DNA of 64,000 nucleotides from assembly GCA_965644315.1 (NCBI GenBank), contig CBFFRQ010000043.1:558001-622000 (forward strand), in the 5' to 3' direction. This document shows positions 34,089 through 47,368 of this stretch, piece after piece. The DNA is from Caecitellus pseudoparvulus (lineage: Eukaryota; Protista; Bigyra: Bicosoecida). Position 1 is the first letter of the stretch. Each line of letters opens with the position of its first letter. The notes beneath the pieces were generated by a model. That model was not told where the DNA came from and ran no database searches. It saw nothing but the letters and a program-made list of their open reading frames with translations. The position numbers were made by a program, and so were the translations under genes.

Positions 34089-35409
34089 ATGGCGTTCAGT
34101 GGCGATGGCGCCGTGAGCAGCAACCAGCGCACTTTCCTCACCGAGGCGCTGGCGACAGGACTGCGCCTGGATGGCAGGGACCTGCTGGACATGCGGCGGC
34201 TGAAGTTCTCCTTCACGCGGTCCGCGAACAGGGCCACTGCAGAGGTGCAGTTGGGGCGGACCAGGTGCGTAGCGAACCACCGAGCTGGCTGCGCCCAGTG
34301 TCACGACTGTAGCTACCTTTCCTGCAACTGCACAGAGTACTCGCAGTGGTCACTGCAAGCGTAGTGCCCCCTTTCCCTGATCGCCCCAATGAGGGCTTCC
34401 TGCAGCTGGCTGTGGAGTTCAGCTCGGGCGCAAATCCAACGTTCGAGGTGCGGCGTCAAAATCCGCAGCTCGCCACGCCTGCCGGCGCCAAGCAACCCTG
34501 CCACGCGCCTTCCCCACTTCACAGGCTGGCAGGCCGTCCGACGCGGCATCAGAGATCACCCGTGTGCTGGAGCGCACGCTGAAGGATGCGCGTGCCATCG
34601 ACACAGAGGCGCTGTGCATCATGTCCGGCTCCAAGGCCTGGTCTGTGCGAGTGGACGTGCACGTGCTGGATGACGCGGGGAACCTCATCGACGCCGCCTC
34701 CATGGCCACCCTGGCCGCCCTCCTGCACTTCCGCAAGGCAGACGTCACCATCACGGGGACCCAGGTCACGGTGCACGAGTACGACGAGAAGCCGCCCGTG
34801 CCCCTGTCCATCCACCACTCCCCCGTCTGCCTCACCTTCGGCCTCTTCAGCGTGCCTGACACGTCCGACGACGACGGAGACGTCGCCTCTGCGCCCACCA
34901 TGCCCCGTGCTGCCAGTGCAAGCGCCTTGGCTGGGGAGGGCACTCGGCAGGTGTTGGCGCTGGACCCGTCCGAGGCGGAGGAGGACGTGTTGGAGGACCG
35001 CCTCACTTTTGCCGTGAACGCGCACGGCGAGCTGTGCATGGTGCACAAGGTGGGCGGCGCGCCCCTGGACCAGGACGACATCCTGCGGTACGCCAAGGTG
35101 GCCTCTGCCCGGGGCGTGACCCTTCTGGCACACCTGCAGTCCGTCCTGGCCCAGGCTGACGCCGTGGAGAAGAAGCGAGCCATGAAGGCGCATGCTGCTG
35201 CGGCGGGCTACGACGACTCGGGGCGCCTGGATGGCTCTGGGCAGGTGCAGGCGTCGCATGCGGCGGCGCCCGATGTCTCCAGCGAGGGGGGCTTGCGCAT
35301 TGGCAACGGGGGGGTGCTGGCCAGTGCCACGGGGGAGGAGGGGCTCCTGGAGCTCAGCACAGCAGCGTCGCACCTGACCATTGCCGGGGACTCCAAGCCG
35401 AGCGCGTGA
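34089..35409 (+). CDS. RRP45: Exosome complex RNase-PH subunit RRP45 (spliced)
   Basis: GLRLDGR..., EVQLGRT, PFPDRPNEG, AIDTEALCI..G.KAWSVRVDVHVLDDAGNLIDAAS, PLSIHH.P.C.TF. Confidence 0.92.
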
Positions 35410-35591
35410 AGAGTCCGAGGGAGGGGGGTGTCTGGCCAGTGGGAAAGAGGGGGCGTTGGCGGCGGCAGCGTAGTGAGGTTTGCTCTGTGCGCCTCAAAAT
35501 ACAGCACCACAACGAAACAGGTGCCCCATCGTGCAAGTGCTGGCTGTTGCGCCCTGCAGCACCGTGCAGTGCCGTCGGGCAGGCGCCAGCC

Positions 35592-37599
35592 ATGCCAAGC
35601 CGCGGCCGGTCACGGTCCCCGCCGCCGCGGGACCACAGGGACCGCCGGCGGTCTTCCTCTCGAAGCTACAGGCGTCGAGAGTACAGTGACGATGAAGATA
35701 GTTACAGGAGACACCGACACAGGCGGCGGGAGGAGCGGAAAGGGCACCGGAAGCACAAGAAGGAGGTGTGTGAGGCTGAGCAATTACCGCAGCTGCGCCC
35801 GCCTGCACGGCCCTGTGCACACCCTGCCTGCCCAGAAGAAAGACAGGTCACGACGAGACAGGTATGACACAGAGGTTGAACATGCTGTCCCAGAAGTGCC
35901 CCCCTCCACTGGTCTGGGCGTGTACACGAACGAGGACAACCCCTTTGGCGATTCCCGCCTGGACGAGGTGTTTGTGTGGGTGAAGAAGTACGAGAGGGAG
36001 ATCGCCATGGGCCAGCGCACCCGCATGCCGACCGAGGCGGAGCTCATCCGCGAACGGGACAGCCTCATGCACGAGGTGGCGGCCGTGCACGCCCGGCAGC
36101 AGGCCCGTGAGCGCGAGCGGGAGGAGCGAGACCGCCTTCGGGCAGAGGAGGACCGTCTCCGGGAGGCAGAGGCGTACGGCGACCTGGCCAGCAAGGAGGA
36201 GGCCTTCCACCTGGGCCAGGCCGCCAAGCGCTCTGAGATCCGCATCCGTGACGGACGGGAGCGGGCGGTGGATGTGCTGGCGAAGAACCTCCTCATCTGG
36301 GCACGGGCGCACGAGGCGGAGGTACTGCTATCCCAGCACCAGAGCCTGCACACGCTGTCCAACCCCCTGGGCGGGGGCGGCGGCCGCCCATCGCGCATGC
36401 TGGACGTCGTCACGGAGACGCCTGCGCAGGTCCTGGCCCGGTTCCGCCTGGATGTGGCCGGGCTGCAGACCCTGCAGGCGGAAGTGCGTGCCTTTGACGA
36501 CGCCGAGCGCATCAAGCCCGGCGGCACGGACGGCAGCGGCATCTTCGCAGCGTACTGGAGGGCGGTGGGCGTGCTCGTGCACGACGCCCTGCAGCGGGAG
36601 CTGTGCCTGGTGGCCGGGGACACGGACCACTCGGGCCCGGGCGGCGTGCCGGATGCCGTGGCGGGGGAGGTGGACGCCCTGCTGGGCAGCAAGTCCATCA
36701 CGGAGCTGACGCAGACAGAAGCGGAGGTGAAGCAGCGCATTGCTCGCCGGGGCCTGCGGTCCGCAGGTGAGGCGGCGGCGGGCGGCGAGGACGCCTTCTG
36801 GGGCCACGTGCTCAAGGCGCTGTCAGTGTACAAAGCACGGGTGCAGAGCGCCGAGTTGCACCAGCGCATCCTCCTGCTGCGTCTGGGGCAGCTGCAGCGC
36901 ACCAAGGTTATGTTGCAGGAGGATGCCAAAACCACCAGCTCGGCCGCTGCCCGGTCCGGTGTCGGCGGCGCAGGGGTGGACGTCGCCGCGTCAGACTCCG
37001 CCATCGCCACAGCCACTGCGCAGCTGCAGGCAGCAGGCAAGCTCTCTGCCTCGGGCGAGCGCACAGAGCCAGTGGAAGGGGAGGCGCCTGCGGAGGGGCC
37101 AGCCAGCTCAGGCCCTGTGCCACACGGCATGTCTGTGGCGGAGGCTGCCGCCAAGGGCCTGGGAGAGGAGGAAGTGGAGGGTGACGCTGCTGCCGTGGTG
37201 CCTGTGGCGGCGCCGGACTTCCTGCTGACGGGCAAGTTCAAACCGCGCAAGCCGCGTTTCTTCCACCGCGTCAAGACCGGCTGGGCGTGGAACGCCTACA
37301 ACAAGGCGCACTACGACCGGGACACGCCCCCACCAAAAGTCGTGCAGGGGTACAAGTTCACCATTTTCTACCCCGACCTCATCAACAAGTTCGAGACGCC
37401 AGAGTACTTCCTGGAGCCAGCCGACGCGCCGGAATTCGCCATCATCCGCTTCCACGCCGGCCCGCCGTACCAGGACATCGCCTTCAAAATCGTCAACAAG
37501 GAGTGGAATCTGGAGCCCAAGCACGGCTTCAAGTGCCAGTTCGACAAGGGCATTCTGCAGGTCTGGTTCAACTTCAAGCTGGACCGTTACCGAAGGTGA
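35592..37599 (+). CDS. CACTIN: Splicing factor cactin (one intron)
   Basis: YTNEDNPFGDSRL..FVW.KK, FHL.QA..RSEIRIRDGR, and the C-terminal domain KPRKPRFF.RVKTG..WN.YN..HYD...PPPKVVQGYKF.IFYPDLI. Confidence 0.96.
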
Positions 37600-37645
37600 C
37601 CCCCGCCCTGCCCCACTTGCTCATCGCACAATGCATTGCACACCT

Positions 37646-38445
37646 CTACTTCAGCTCCTTGTTCATGAACTTGCGCTTGGAGAAGGCCATCCAGAACTTG
37701 TTGGGCGAGCCGTCCTCCAAGTACAGCTTGGGCGCCAGGCGCTTGGAGAGCGCTGTGCGCAGCTGCTTCAGGTACAGGCGCAGGGTGTCTGAGCAGGGCG
37801 TCAAGGGAGGGAGGGGGGGTGCTGGGTGGCAGGGGGGGGGCGTGTGATGCGCTGAGCAGCGCACCTCGCTCATCTGGCGTTGCCGGGGAAGCCATCATGG
37901 AGCTGAGGGGAAAGCCAGCGTCACCCGGCAAGGAAAAGGGCTTGGAGGCCAGCTCCAACAGCGCCGCGGCACCCTCCTCAAAGTTGGACGTCTCGCTGGC
38001 CACAGCGATGCACTGCAGTGGCGGAAGCGGCGTGTGCTGCAGGGCACGCGCGGGCGAAGCGCCGTGCCGCCTCACCTGCTGGGCGTACAGGGTCAAGTAC
38101 ACCAGCACTCGGTCCGCGCCGCCCTGGATCTCGAACGACTTGAACAGCACGTTGGCTCTGAAGAAGTAGATCGTCTCGTCCACGATGTCCGCTTCTTCTG
38201 CGGCGTCGAGGGCGTGCAGGGTGCGTGTCCCGCCCGCGTTTCGTGTGAAACACTGCTGCGCACCTGAGCCTTCTGTAGGGGCGGGAGCGGGCCCTCGCCC
38301 ACCCCCATGCACTGGCAGCAGCGAGCACCCACACAGCGTGGGTTCCACGTCGTTCAAAGCGCTGTGGTACACCGGCTGCGAAGGGCTCGGTGCGGGCGAG
38401 AGGTGCGGCGGAGCTTGGCGTGGCAACATGCACAACACACACCAT
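37646..38445 (-). CDS. ARPC3: Arp2/3 complex subunit 3 (p21-Arc), multi-exon
   Basis: M|PVYHS, DIVDETIYFFRANVLFKSFEIQGGADRVLVYLTLY, YLKQLR, PNKFWMAFSKRKFMNK. Confidence 0.95.
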
Positions 38446-38775
38446 GGCTGACGAGTGGGCGACGGGGTCTGTTGACGTTTTCGCAGACCGTGGACGTGTA
38501 GCTTGAGCTGGGAAGGAGCAGTGGGTCGGTTTTGTGGCATTTCTGTGCTTTGTCCTCCGCTGCTCGCTGCGCTGGACGACGATTCGGCGCGTGCAGCGCG
38601 CTGGCCACGCCATCGCGCCTGCGCAAAGGAAACCTGTGGGAACAAACATGGACTCTCAAATCCGAAATTGGACGAACATTCTGCAGAAGGCTGCAGACTC
38701 GGCCCCAAGCAAGCAGCGATCCTATTGCTTCGGGGAACCCGGCAAAGACGAGAGCGGAGGTTGCGAGGCTGGGTC

Positions 38776-41700
38776 ATGTCTGAAATCCTGTCGGGGCTGG
38801 GGGCCCTGTGCGGCTGCTTCTCGCGCCCCCCGCCTGTGGAAGAAGATCCATGGTACCTTCCCAAGCTCTTCCATGAGCTGCCCCCGGAGGAGGTGCAGCT
38901 CATGGAGCGAGGGCATCTTGTCATTCAGGTTCGACGCAAGAAGGAGACGTGGCTCAAGCTGTGCGTGACGTGCACCATCGCATGCTACTGCAAGAGAAAG
39001 AGCTGCGCCACTTCCTGACTGTGGCCATGGTTGCCTGTGCTCTTGTCATGGGTGTCTCCCATGCCTTGTTTTTCACGTCGGCGCTTCCCCACTATTTCCG
39101 CAACCCGCCGCTTCGCAGCGAGCTCGTGCCGGCCCTGCAACGGGCGGGCCTGCACATGGTGTCTTTCCGTGACAGCACGCGGGGGTTCATTTTCCTCATT
39201 GTAAGTTGCTAGAGCACTGCAATGTCAAGGTCACTCCCAAACAGCTGCGTCGCGCTGCCTTGGCAGTGTGAGGCTGACAGCGAAGCGAAACAGCAGCCAA
39301 TCAACTCCACACCTTTGCGCTGACACCCACAGGTGTATGCTAGCGAGGCAAGGCTGCTTCTGGAGGCTGACCGTCTGAAATTGCCAATGGAGCTCGACGC
39401 AGAGCAGCTGGAGGAGCAGGATAAGGCCATGAATGTGCAGCTGCAGGAGAAAGGCCTGGTGCGTTGCCGCAGTCGAATCGCCTGGCGGCGGCGAGGCATC
39501 TCATGCACCTCCCCCCTGTGCAGGTGTTCCTCCTGGACAAGGACGCGGCGGGGTGTGATGTCCCCGTGACTGGTACCGCCGCAGACCTGGGCATTCCCTC
39601 CATCAAATACCCCACGCTGCTCAGCCCGTTCCCTGACTCCCTCAAAGAGTACGGACGGCGCACACGCCGCACATCCAGCCCTGTGCACTGGTCCCCATCC
39701 TTCGACTCTGCAGGTGGATTCAGACGATTTTTCAGCCGTACGAGCACATTTACGCGCAGTTCGAGTCGCCGCAGCGGTTTCCCGACGGGTCGCCCACCAA
39801 GCAGGCGCGCGAGACCCTGTACAAAGTGCAGCCCGCGACAGGCAGCGTGCTGCATGGGAACGACATCCTCACGCTGCTGACCAGCATCATCGAGGGCCCC
39901 GTGGCCACCTGCGCGCGCTTGAACATGGGCAAGCTCATTTCGCAGGGACACGTGGAAGCCATGTTCCCAGGGCACCGTGCACAGGAGCGGCGGCGCCTGA
40001 TGGAGAAGTGGAACCACTGGGCAGTGCTGCCGTGGAACCAGCCCTTCTCGGAGATCCGGGCGTACCTCGGCGAGCGCATTGCGCTGTACTTTGCCTTCCT
40101 GGGGTACCTATCAGCGACGCTGTTGGTGCCGGCCGTGCTGGGCGTGGCGGTGTTTGCGAACCAGGTTCTGGCAGACCAGCCGTACTTGTCGTGGCTGCCA
40201 GCCTTTGCCCTGGTCGTGATCACGTGGGCCACACTGCTCATGGTGGGCTGGAAGCACAAGCAGCAGGTGTACGGAGTCAAGTGGGGCAGCGTGGACGTGG
40301 ACGATTCCACTCGGCGCCGCCCTGAGTACATCGAAAGCAAGGCAGTGCACCAGCGCCGGTCGTTCGTGACGGGGAAACAGGAGTACTGGGCCGACCCCCT
40401 GTGGCAGCGCGTGCGCCGGGGCACCTCCATGTCCATCGTCACACTTGCTGTCGGCACGGTCGTCGTCGTCATCGTGTCGCTGTTCTCGGCCCGTGTTCTG
40501 CTGGAGCAGGAGGAGCGCAAGGGGAACTTGGACGAGGGCTGGGGCGGCTACCTCGCCTCCTTCTTGACAGCCGTGCAGATCCAGCTGTGCGGCTTTCTCT
40601 ACTCTTCCCTGGCCAAGTTCCTCACCGACCTGGAGACGCACGAGACAGACGCCAGCTACACAGACAGCCTGTCCGGCAAGCGTGCGGCGTTTGAGCTGGT
40701 CAACAGCAACTTCTCCCTCTTGTGCGTGCCCCGCCGTGCCCCCACTGCCTCACACGCCTCCCGCATGCACAACCAACACCCTTGTTCGCAGCTGGGTTGC
40801 CTTTGTGAAGGGCAACCGCTTCGTGATTTTCGGCGAAGAGCAGACGTGCACCCTCGCCGACAGCGGGCGCCCCGACTGCCTGGCAGAGCTGCAGTCCCAC
40901 CTAGCCATCCTCTTCATCACCCGCATCGTCGTGAACAACCTGCAAGAGCTGCTGGTGCCCATGGTGGTGCCGTACATCATGGCTTTCATCAAGGCCTGCA
41001 CGGCCAGCGAGGAGGAGCAGGGGCGTGGCGTGGACGGACTGCCACTGGGCGAGATGTCAGTTATGGAGCTGGAGGCAAGCAAGCCCGAGTACGACGTCGC
41101 AGACGACTGGTTGGAGATCGTCATCGTCCTCTCCTACTGCATGTTCTTCGTCGTGGCCTTCCCCCTGGCACCCCTCCTCACGCTCCTCCTCATCTACGTC
41201 GAGCAGCGTGTGGACATGCAGCGTGTCCTGGTGGGCACCCGGCGCGCCATCCCCACCGGCTCCAAGGACATCGGCGCCTGGGCCACGTGGTTGGTGGGCC
41301 TCTCCTACGTCTCCGTCTTCACCAACACCGCCCTGGCCATCTTCGTCTCTGGCCGGGAGTTCGCGGGGGTTGAGGACCTCGCCACCAAGTATGCCATCTT
41401 CATAATCGTCGAGCACACGGTGCTGGCTGCCAAGTACACGCTGGAAACCGCCGTCTTTGGCTACGCGCCGTACTGCGTGACCCTGCAGCTGGACCGCCAG
41501 AAGTACCTCGTGGCTAAGCACATGCACCGCGTGCCCGACGACATCAACGCGCTGGAGGCAGTGGAGGAGCCCGACGCACCCCCCGACACAGGCGCAGCGG
41601 CTGTCGTGCCCAGTGCCGAGGGAGCCAGCACCAGCCGCCCGTCACGGGGGCATGCTCTGCACCACATGGGCCTGTCTGGGGGCGCCATGGTGGATGCGAG

Positions 41701-42244
41701 CGACATGCAGGCGGCCCCCGGCGACGGCCCTGCGGACTTTGTCGTGCACGTCCCCTCGGACAGGGACGGCGACGGCGACGTGGACGTGGCGGACCTGCAG
41801 AGCGCAGAGGTCCTGGCGGCCAAGAAGGCGGACAGGGCCCGCCAACTGGGCTTCGCCGTGGCGCATGATCACGCGGAGGTGTACCGGGCGACGCTGGGGC
41901 GCAAGCTGCGCTTTCAGCGTCATGCAGGTGGGGTTGACGAGGCGGAGACTGAGCATGACTCGGAAGATGCAGGCCGGGCGGCTGGGGAGGTGGCCGAGGT
42001 GGAGGAGGCTGCAGGCGTTGGCAGTGGGGTTGAGGAGGGCGAGGGAGGTGGTGAGGAAGCCGAAGAGGAGGGCGAAGGAGGTGGTGAGGAGGCAGAGGAG
42101 GAGGGCGAGGGAGGTGGTGAGGAGGCAGAGGAGGAGGGCGAGGGAGGTGGTGAGGAGGCCGAAGAGGAGGGCAAGGGAGGTGGTGAGGAGGCAGAGGAGG
42201 AGGGCGAGGGAGGTGGTGAGGAAGGCGACGGCAAGGAGGCCTGA
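38776..42244 (+). CDS. Anoctamin/TMEM16 scramblase or channel (multi-exon)
   Basis: QPFSEIRAYLGERIALYFAFL, LTDLETHET, DDWLEIVI, AFPLAPLL, E.RVD, IGAW, SVFTN. Confidence 0.92.
42032..42225 (+). repeat. 33-bp coding tandem repeat (EEEGEGGGEEA x ~6) in the anoctamin tail
   Basis: Near-identical gaggagggcgagggaggtggtgaggaggcagag units. Confidence 0.92.
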
Positions 42245-42425
42245 GAGCCAGCTTCGCGGAGTGCAGGTTAAATTCAACCTAAGGACAAATCACATGCGTT
42301 CTTGGTTGGCGATGCCCACACCAAGCTGCCTTCCTAGGCACACGGGGCTGCAGCCGTGTTGGGCTGGGTCAGCCACGTGCAGGCCAGAGCAGTACGCCTG
42401 TCCCTCTACGCTGTGCGAGTGGGCC

Positions 42426-43778
42426 ATGCGGCCCCACGCCAGCTCCATGCTGCTGGGGGCCATCTTGGCCATGGCAGTGATGTTGCTGGCACCCGATATT
42501 GCTCACGGGATCGAAGCTGCACTGCACTCCATGCTCGGGCAGCAAGCAGCAAGTGCGGTATTTGCGAGCTTCGCGCAGCAGTTTGGAGTTGATTGGCGCG
42601 CTTCTCGCGGCGATGCCGCGGGAAAGCGCGACGAATTCGACGAAAACCAAGATCAAAGCTGGGATCAAGCCATGTCTGCGGCGGCAGAAGGAGATGCAGC
42701 ACACGTGAGTGCATGTGACGTGTGGCGAAGGCCACCACTCCGCAGATTCCACTGGCCCGCTCTCTTGCCAGACGTTTGACTTCGCCATGGTCACTGACAA
42801 GGACCACAACTCCGTGGGCCCAGAGAAGGGATCCTGGCATTCCATCCTGCGCCACGGCTCTTTGCGTCTGGAGCCCCTCTCTGGCATGTACTCCATTGCA
42901 TGGGGCAACGACACGGTGCTGTCCACCCGCACCGCGACGAAGGGCAGGGGCATGGAGCTGTCGGAGCTCGTGCAGTACCGCCACCTCCTCTTTGCCTTCT
43001 GCGACACGACCGGCATCGTGTGGAAGGTGCAGCCGTCCACAGGCCGGGTGCTGCAGCGCTACGCCATCGCTGACGGGGACGGCGAGCAGCCCAAGCCGTT
43101 CAAGAGTGAGTGGGCCACTGTGAAGGACGGCCTCCTGTGGGTGGGCTCCGTCGGCAGACCATACACGCTGGAGGACGGCACCATCCTCAACCACGACGGG
43201 GAGTGGGTGAAGACCGTGGACCCCAACGGCCGCATCGAGAACATAAACTGGACGCGGCACTACGAAGCCCTGCGCGCGGCAGCTGGCACCTCCGGGGAAG
43301 GGTACTTGTGGCACGAAGCCGTGCACTGGGACGCCGTCAACCGCCGGTGGCTGTTCCTGCCCCGCAAACGCTCCTTCACAGAGCGCTACGATGAAGTGGC
43401 CAACGAGCGCCGCGGTACCAATGTGCTGCTCATCGCGTCGGAGGACTTTGCCGACATCCAGCGCGTGGAGCCCTTTGGGCCTGCAGAGGAGGACTACGGC
43501 TTCACCTCCCTTCGGCGTGAGTGCTTGCGGCAGCGCACGGCAGCGCAGCAGGCACCCCACCGTGTGGCTGCACCCTTCTCGCAGTTGTGCCGGGCACACA
43601 GGACGTGGTCATGGCCACCAAGGTCCTGGAGCACTCGGACAAGGTGCACAGCAAGTTGAACGTTTTCACGCTGCAGGGCGAGAGTGTCCTGGAGGGGGGC
43701 TGGCAAGACCTGGGCCCCATGAAGTTCGAAGGGCTGGAGTTCTTGACCGACCCGAGCGGCGGCGAGGCCGCAGCCTGA
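42426..43778 (+). CDS. CANT1: Calcium-activated nucleotidase/apyrase (CANT1-like), spliced
   Basis: GRGMELSELV, IADGDG..KPFKSEWATVKDG.LWVGS.G, GYLWHEAV.W, W.FLPR, KFEGLEF, plus an N-terminal hydrophobic anchor. Confidence 0.92.
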
Positions 43779-43915
43779 TGCTACGCCCGCCCCTAAAATA
43801 TATGTTCCCGCTTCAAGCACTGCCACCTGCCCAATCCCACCTTCTCTCTCTGGGACGCGCGCGTGCTCCTCAAGCAGCCCAGCCCCCGCGCCCAGCAGTG
43901 TTGCTGCTCAGCACC

Positions 43916-45492
43916 ATGGACTTGACCGTTTCCATGGAAGAGCAGGGCACCTTGGTCTCCATCCAAGTCCCTGCGGACGAGACGGTGAGCCGCCGCCGAC
44001 CGTCTTTGCTCAACTACCTGCCATCCTCGCAGCAGCACCCTCACAAGCTGCGCTTCTCGCGCGCAACGTCTCAGGTCGAAAACGTGAAAGTGTTGCTGGA
44101 GGTGGAGGTGCGGCGCACCACGCCATGCAACGGTGCTCGCCTGGCTCTCAAGTGCGAGGCACCACACTCCACATACACAGACAGGACTCTCTCACAGAGA
44201 ACAGGAGCTTGTATTGAACGGAGAGCCCTTGGATGACGGGGCGACGGTGAGCGCACTGCGGCTGGCGTTGCAAACCGATTTCCGCATTTGCACAGTGAGG
44301 CGCCGTGCTCCCCGCACAGATGCAAGCCAGTGGGGTCAATTCAGGAGACGTGTTGCTGTGCAGAAAGCGCACTCGGCCCACCCCCTCAGCCCTGGCCAGT
44401 GGCAGCACGGCAAGCGCTGCAGCCCAAGCGTCAGGCGGCGGAGCTGGCCGGGCGTCAGACGGTTCTGGAAGCGGCATACCACCCGGACTTGGTGCTTCGC
44501 TGACATGGGACATGGTGCCTGGGGAGGTCATGAAGAACCCTGCTCGGGTGCACCAGCTCGTGCGGGAGTACCCTCACCTGCTGGAGCTGGTGCGGCGTAG
44601 CAACCCGGAGTTCCACACAGCTGCGTCAGACCCCGACCCGGCAGCCTTGCGCAAGTACTACTTGCTGCGCGAGATGAAGCGCGCAGAGGGGAAGATGCGG
44701 GAGGACCAGCTGAGGGCGCGGCTGGAGGCCAACCCCATGGACTTGGAAGCGCAGCGCGAGCTTGCCGAAGCCATCCGCAAAGCCAACGTGGACGCGAACA
44801 TGGAGATGGCGCTGGAGCACACACCCGAGAGCTTCGGGCGGGTCACCATGCTGTACATTGACGCGGAAGTGAATCGAACCCCCTTGAAAGCGTTTGTGGA
44901 CTCGGGGGCGCAGAGCACCATCATGTCTGCCGCGTGTGCCGAGCGGTGCGGCATCATGCACTTGCTGGACACCCGCTTTGCAGGCACGGCTGTGGGGGTG
45001 GGCTCCGCGCCCATCTTGGGCAGGGTGCACATGGCACAGCTGCGCATTGGCACCACGTTCTTCCCCTGCACCTTCACGGTGCTGGAGAAGGATGACATCG
45101 ACTTCCTCTTTGGCCTGGACATGCTCAAGCGCCACCGGTGCGTGATCGACTTGCAGCGCAACGAGCTGCACCTGGAGGGCGCCAATGGCGCCGAGAGCGT
45201 CCCCTTCCTCGCTGAGAAGGACGTGCCCAAGTCTGCCTTTGGTGCAGATGCGCCTCGCCAGGCGGCATCCGTCGCACCACCCGGCACGACTGCTCAAAGC
45301 CAGCCGGCTCCTGCAGCATCCGCGTCGGCTTCTGCGCCTGCTCCCCCGCCCGCTGCAGCGCCCACTCCCAGCCAGGCAGGCTTGGAGAACCTCATGGCTC
45401 TTGGGTTCGGAAGGGAGCAGTGTGAGGCGGCGTTGAGGTCCACGGGGGGGGATGCGGAGCAGGCGGCTGCACTGCTGCTGGCCAGTCGCTGA
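43916..45492 (+). CDS. DDI1: DNA damage-inducible protein 1 (UBL-RVP-UBA), spliced
   Basis: EHTPESFGRVTMLYI, AFVDSGAQSTIMS aspartic protease motif, LFGLDMLKRH, and a C-terminal UBA (LMALGF). Confidence 0.96.
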
Positions 45493-45697
45493 GGATGTGC
45501 ACAATTCATAGGATTAGAGTTCCGGGCGCTGTCGCTTGCTCCAAGGCAGGACACCTCCACCACCTGAGCACAACGACTGTTGTCAGCGCTCTCTGAAGCG
45601 ACAAGCAGCCCCGGGCTGCGGCACTGTTTTCCTCCGAGACCGTTGAGTGCTTTGCACAGGCTGTTGCCGAAGCTCAACTCGCGTGCACGTGCCAACC

Positions 45698-47333
45698 ATG
45701 GTCAGCGTCCTGCAAGTGCTGCTCGGCCTCTTGACGGCCCTGCTCATGATGGGGCTGGGTGCTACAGTTCGGCAACAAGATTTGTCACGCATTCGGACGC
45801 ACTGGAAGGCGCCGCTGCTCGGCTTCGCTTGCCAGGTACGTCAGGTGCACTGCACCTGCGCCGGACAACGTTGCAGTCGACGCCGCTAAACAGCGTGCCG
45901 GACGGAGAGCGGGCCGCACCCCCGTGATGTACCTTCCCCATGCGCAGTATTTAGCTATGCCACTGCTGGCATTCCTGTTGGGCCTCGCTCTGGGCGTGAG
46001 CGACGTGGTCGTAAGCTTCTGCGCTTGTGGAGTTTCGCTGGCCCGCGCAGCCGCACGCGCTCTGCCGCCCCTCTCCTGCGCAGCTGGTCAGCATGGTGGC
46101 TATCGGCTGCACGCCTGGCGGCAGCACGTCCAACCTTTTCACCCTGTACTCGAAAGGAGACGTCGCGCTGTCCATCGCCATGACGGTGCTGTCCACGCTC
46201 CTGGCCTTCGGCATGATGCCGTTGCTGCTGCTCATTTACACGTGCGTCGACCGCGCCAGGACCGAGCCCGCTGCCTCGCACCCACCCCACCTCCCCACGC
46301 CAGCTCGCACATCACCTCTGACCTGCGAATCCCCTTCCTGGACATCCTCACGGCCCTGCTGCTGGTGCTGGTGCCTGCCGGCCTGGGTATCCTCCTGCGC
46401 CGCTACTCCATGGTGTGGGCCAAGCGAGTCGCTATCTTCGCCTCTGGCCTGGGCGTGCTCTTCATCCTCGCAGCCTTGATCTTCGGCTCCATCAGCGAGA
46501 CCGCCATTTGGAAAGCCCCCTGGCAGCTGTTCGTCAGCAGCGCCGTCCTGCTGCTCCTGGGCGCAGCGGTGGGGTATGCCTCAGCGCACTTCTCAGGCTT
46601 CCCCCGGCGCCAGGCACGCACCATTGCCCTGGAGACGGGCATCCAGAACTCCACCTTCACAATCACCGTTCTGACGTTCTCCTTCGGCGGGGAGGGCCAG
46701 GACACGGAGGTGTTCAACGAGGTGCTGCTGTTCCCACTGCTGTACTCATTCTTCCTTATTGTGGACGGTATCCTGCTCACTGCCCTCTTCCACTACCTGG
46801 CCCGCTTCGACCCGGAGGAGGAGAAGGCCGCCTACGCCGACGAGGAAGCCAAGCGTGCTGCCGAGCTGGAGGCTGAGGAGGCGGGGCAGGCAGGTGGTGA
46901 AGGGGAAGCTCAGACTGGAGAGGGCACACAGCTGGTGGTGGTGGGGGCCGCCACGCCGACCGGCGGCGAGAGTCCCAGTGCCGCGTCCGAGGGGACTGAC
47001 TCTGAGGGCAAGGATGTGGAGCAGGGCACGTCGGGCGTGGCCACTGCCGGCGCCGCCGCCGCCTCCGAGGATGTGGAGGAGGAGGATCTGGACACGGGTG
47101 TGGAGGGGGACAAGGGGGCCAAGGCGCCCCCCGCCGAGGGCGACGGCGAGGGCGAGGCGACGAGCAGCAGGACAGAGGAGGTGGAGGCCCCTGCGCCCGG
47201 CAGCGGGGACAGCACCCGCAGGGCGTCTGCGGTGGAGGTGTCCGAGGAGACGGCATCTGACAACCCCCTGGCCAGCGAAGATGGGGGTGACGTGGAGGAG
47301 TGGGGAGGCACGGCCGCCGCAGCCGAGCCTTGA
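45698..47333 (+). CDS. SLC10/BASS sodium:bile-acid symporter family protein with acidic tail (spliced)
   Basis: MMGLGATV, GFACQ|Y.AMPL, GCTPGGSTSNLFT...GDVALSI.MT, RTIALETGIQNS, FPLLY. Confidence 0.92.
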
Positions 47334-47368
47334 GCGGTGAATTTACAACAGAGGCAACGGGGAGCCCA

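Noticed and set aside
193-47333. Lipid/sterol functional gene cluster (Patched-like, CerS, lipase, anoctamin, SLC10)
   Set aside because: The genes are scattered among unrelated housekeeping genes, with no evidence of clustering beyond chance.
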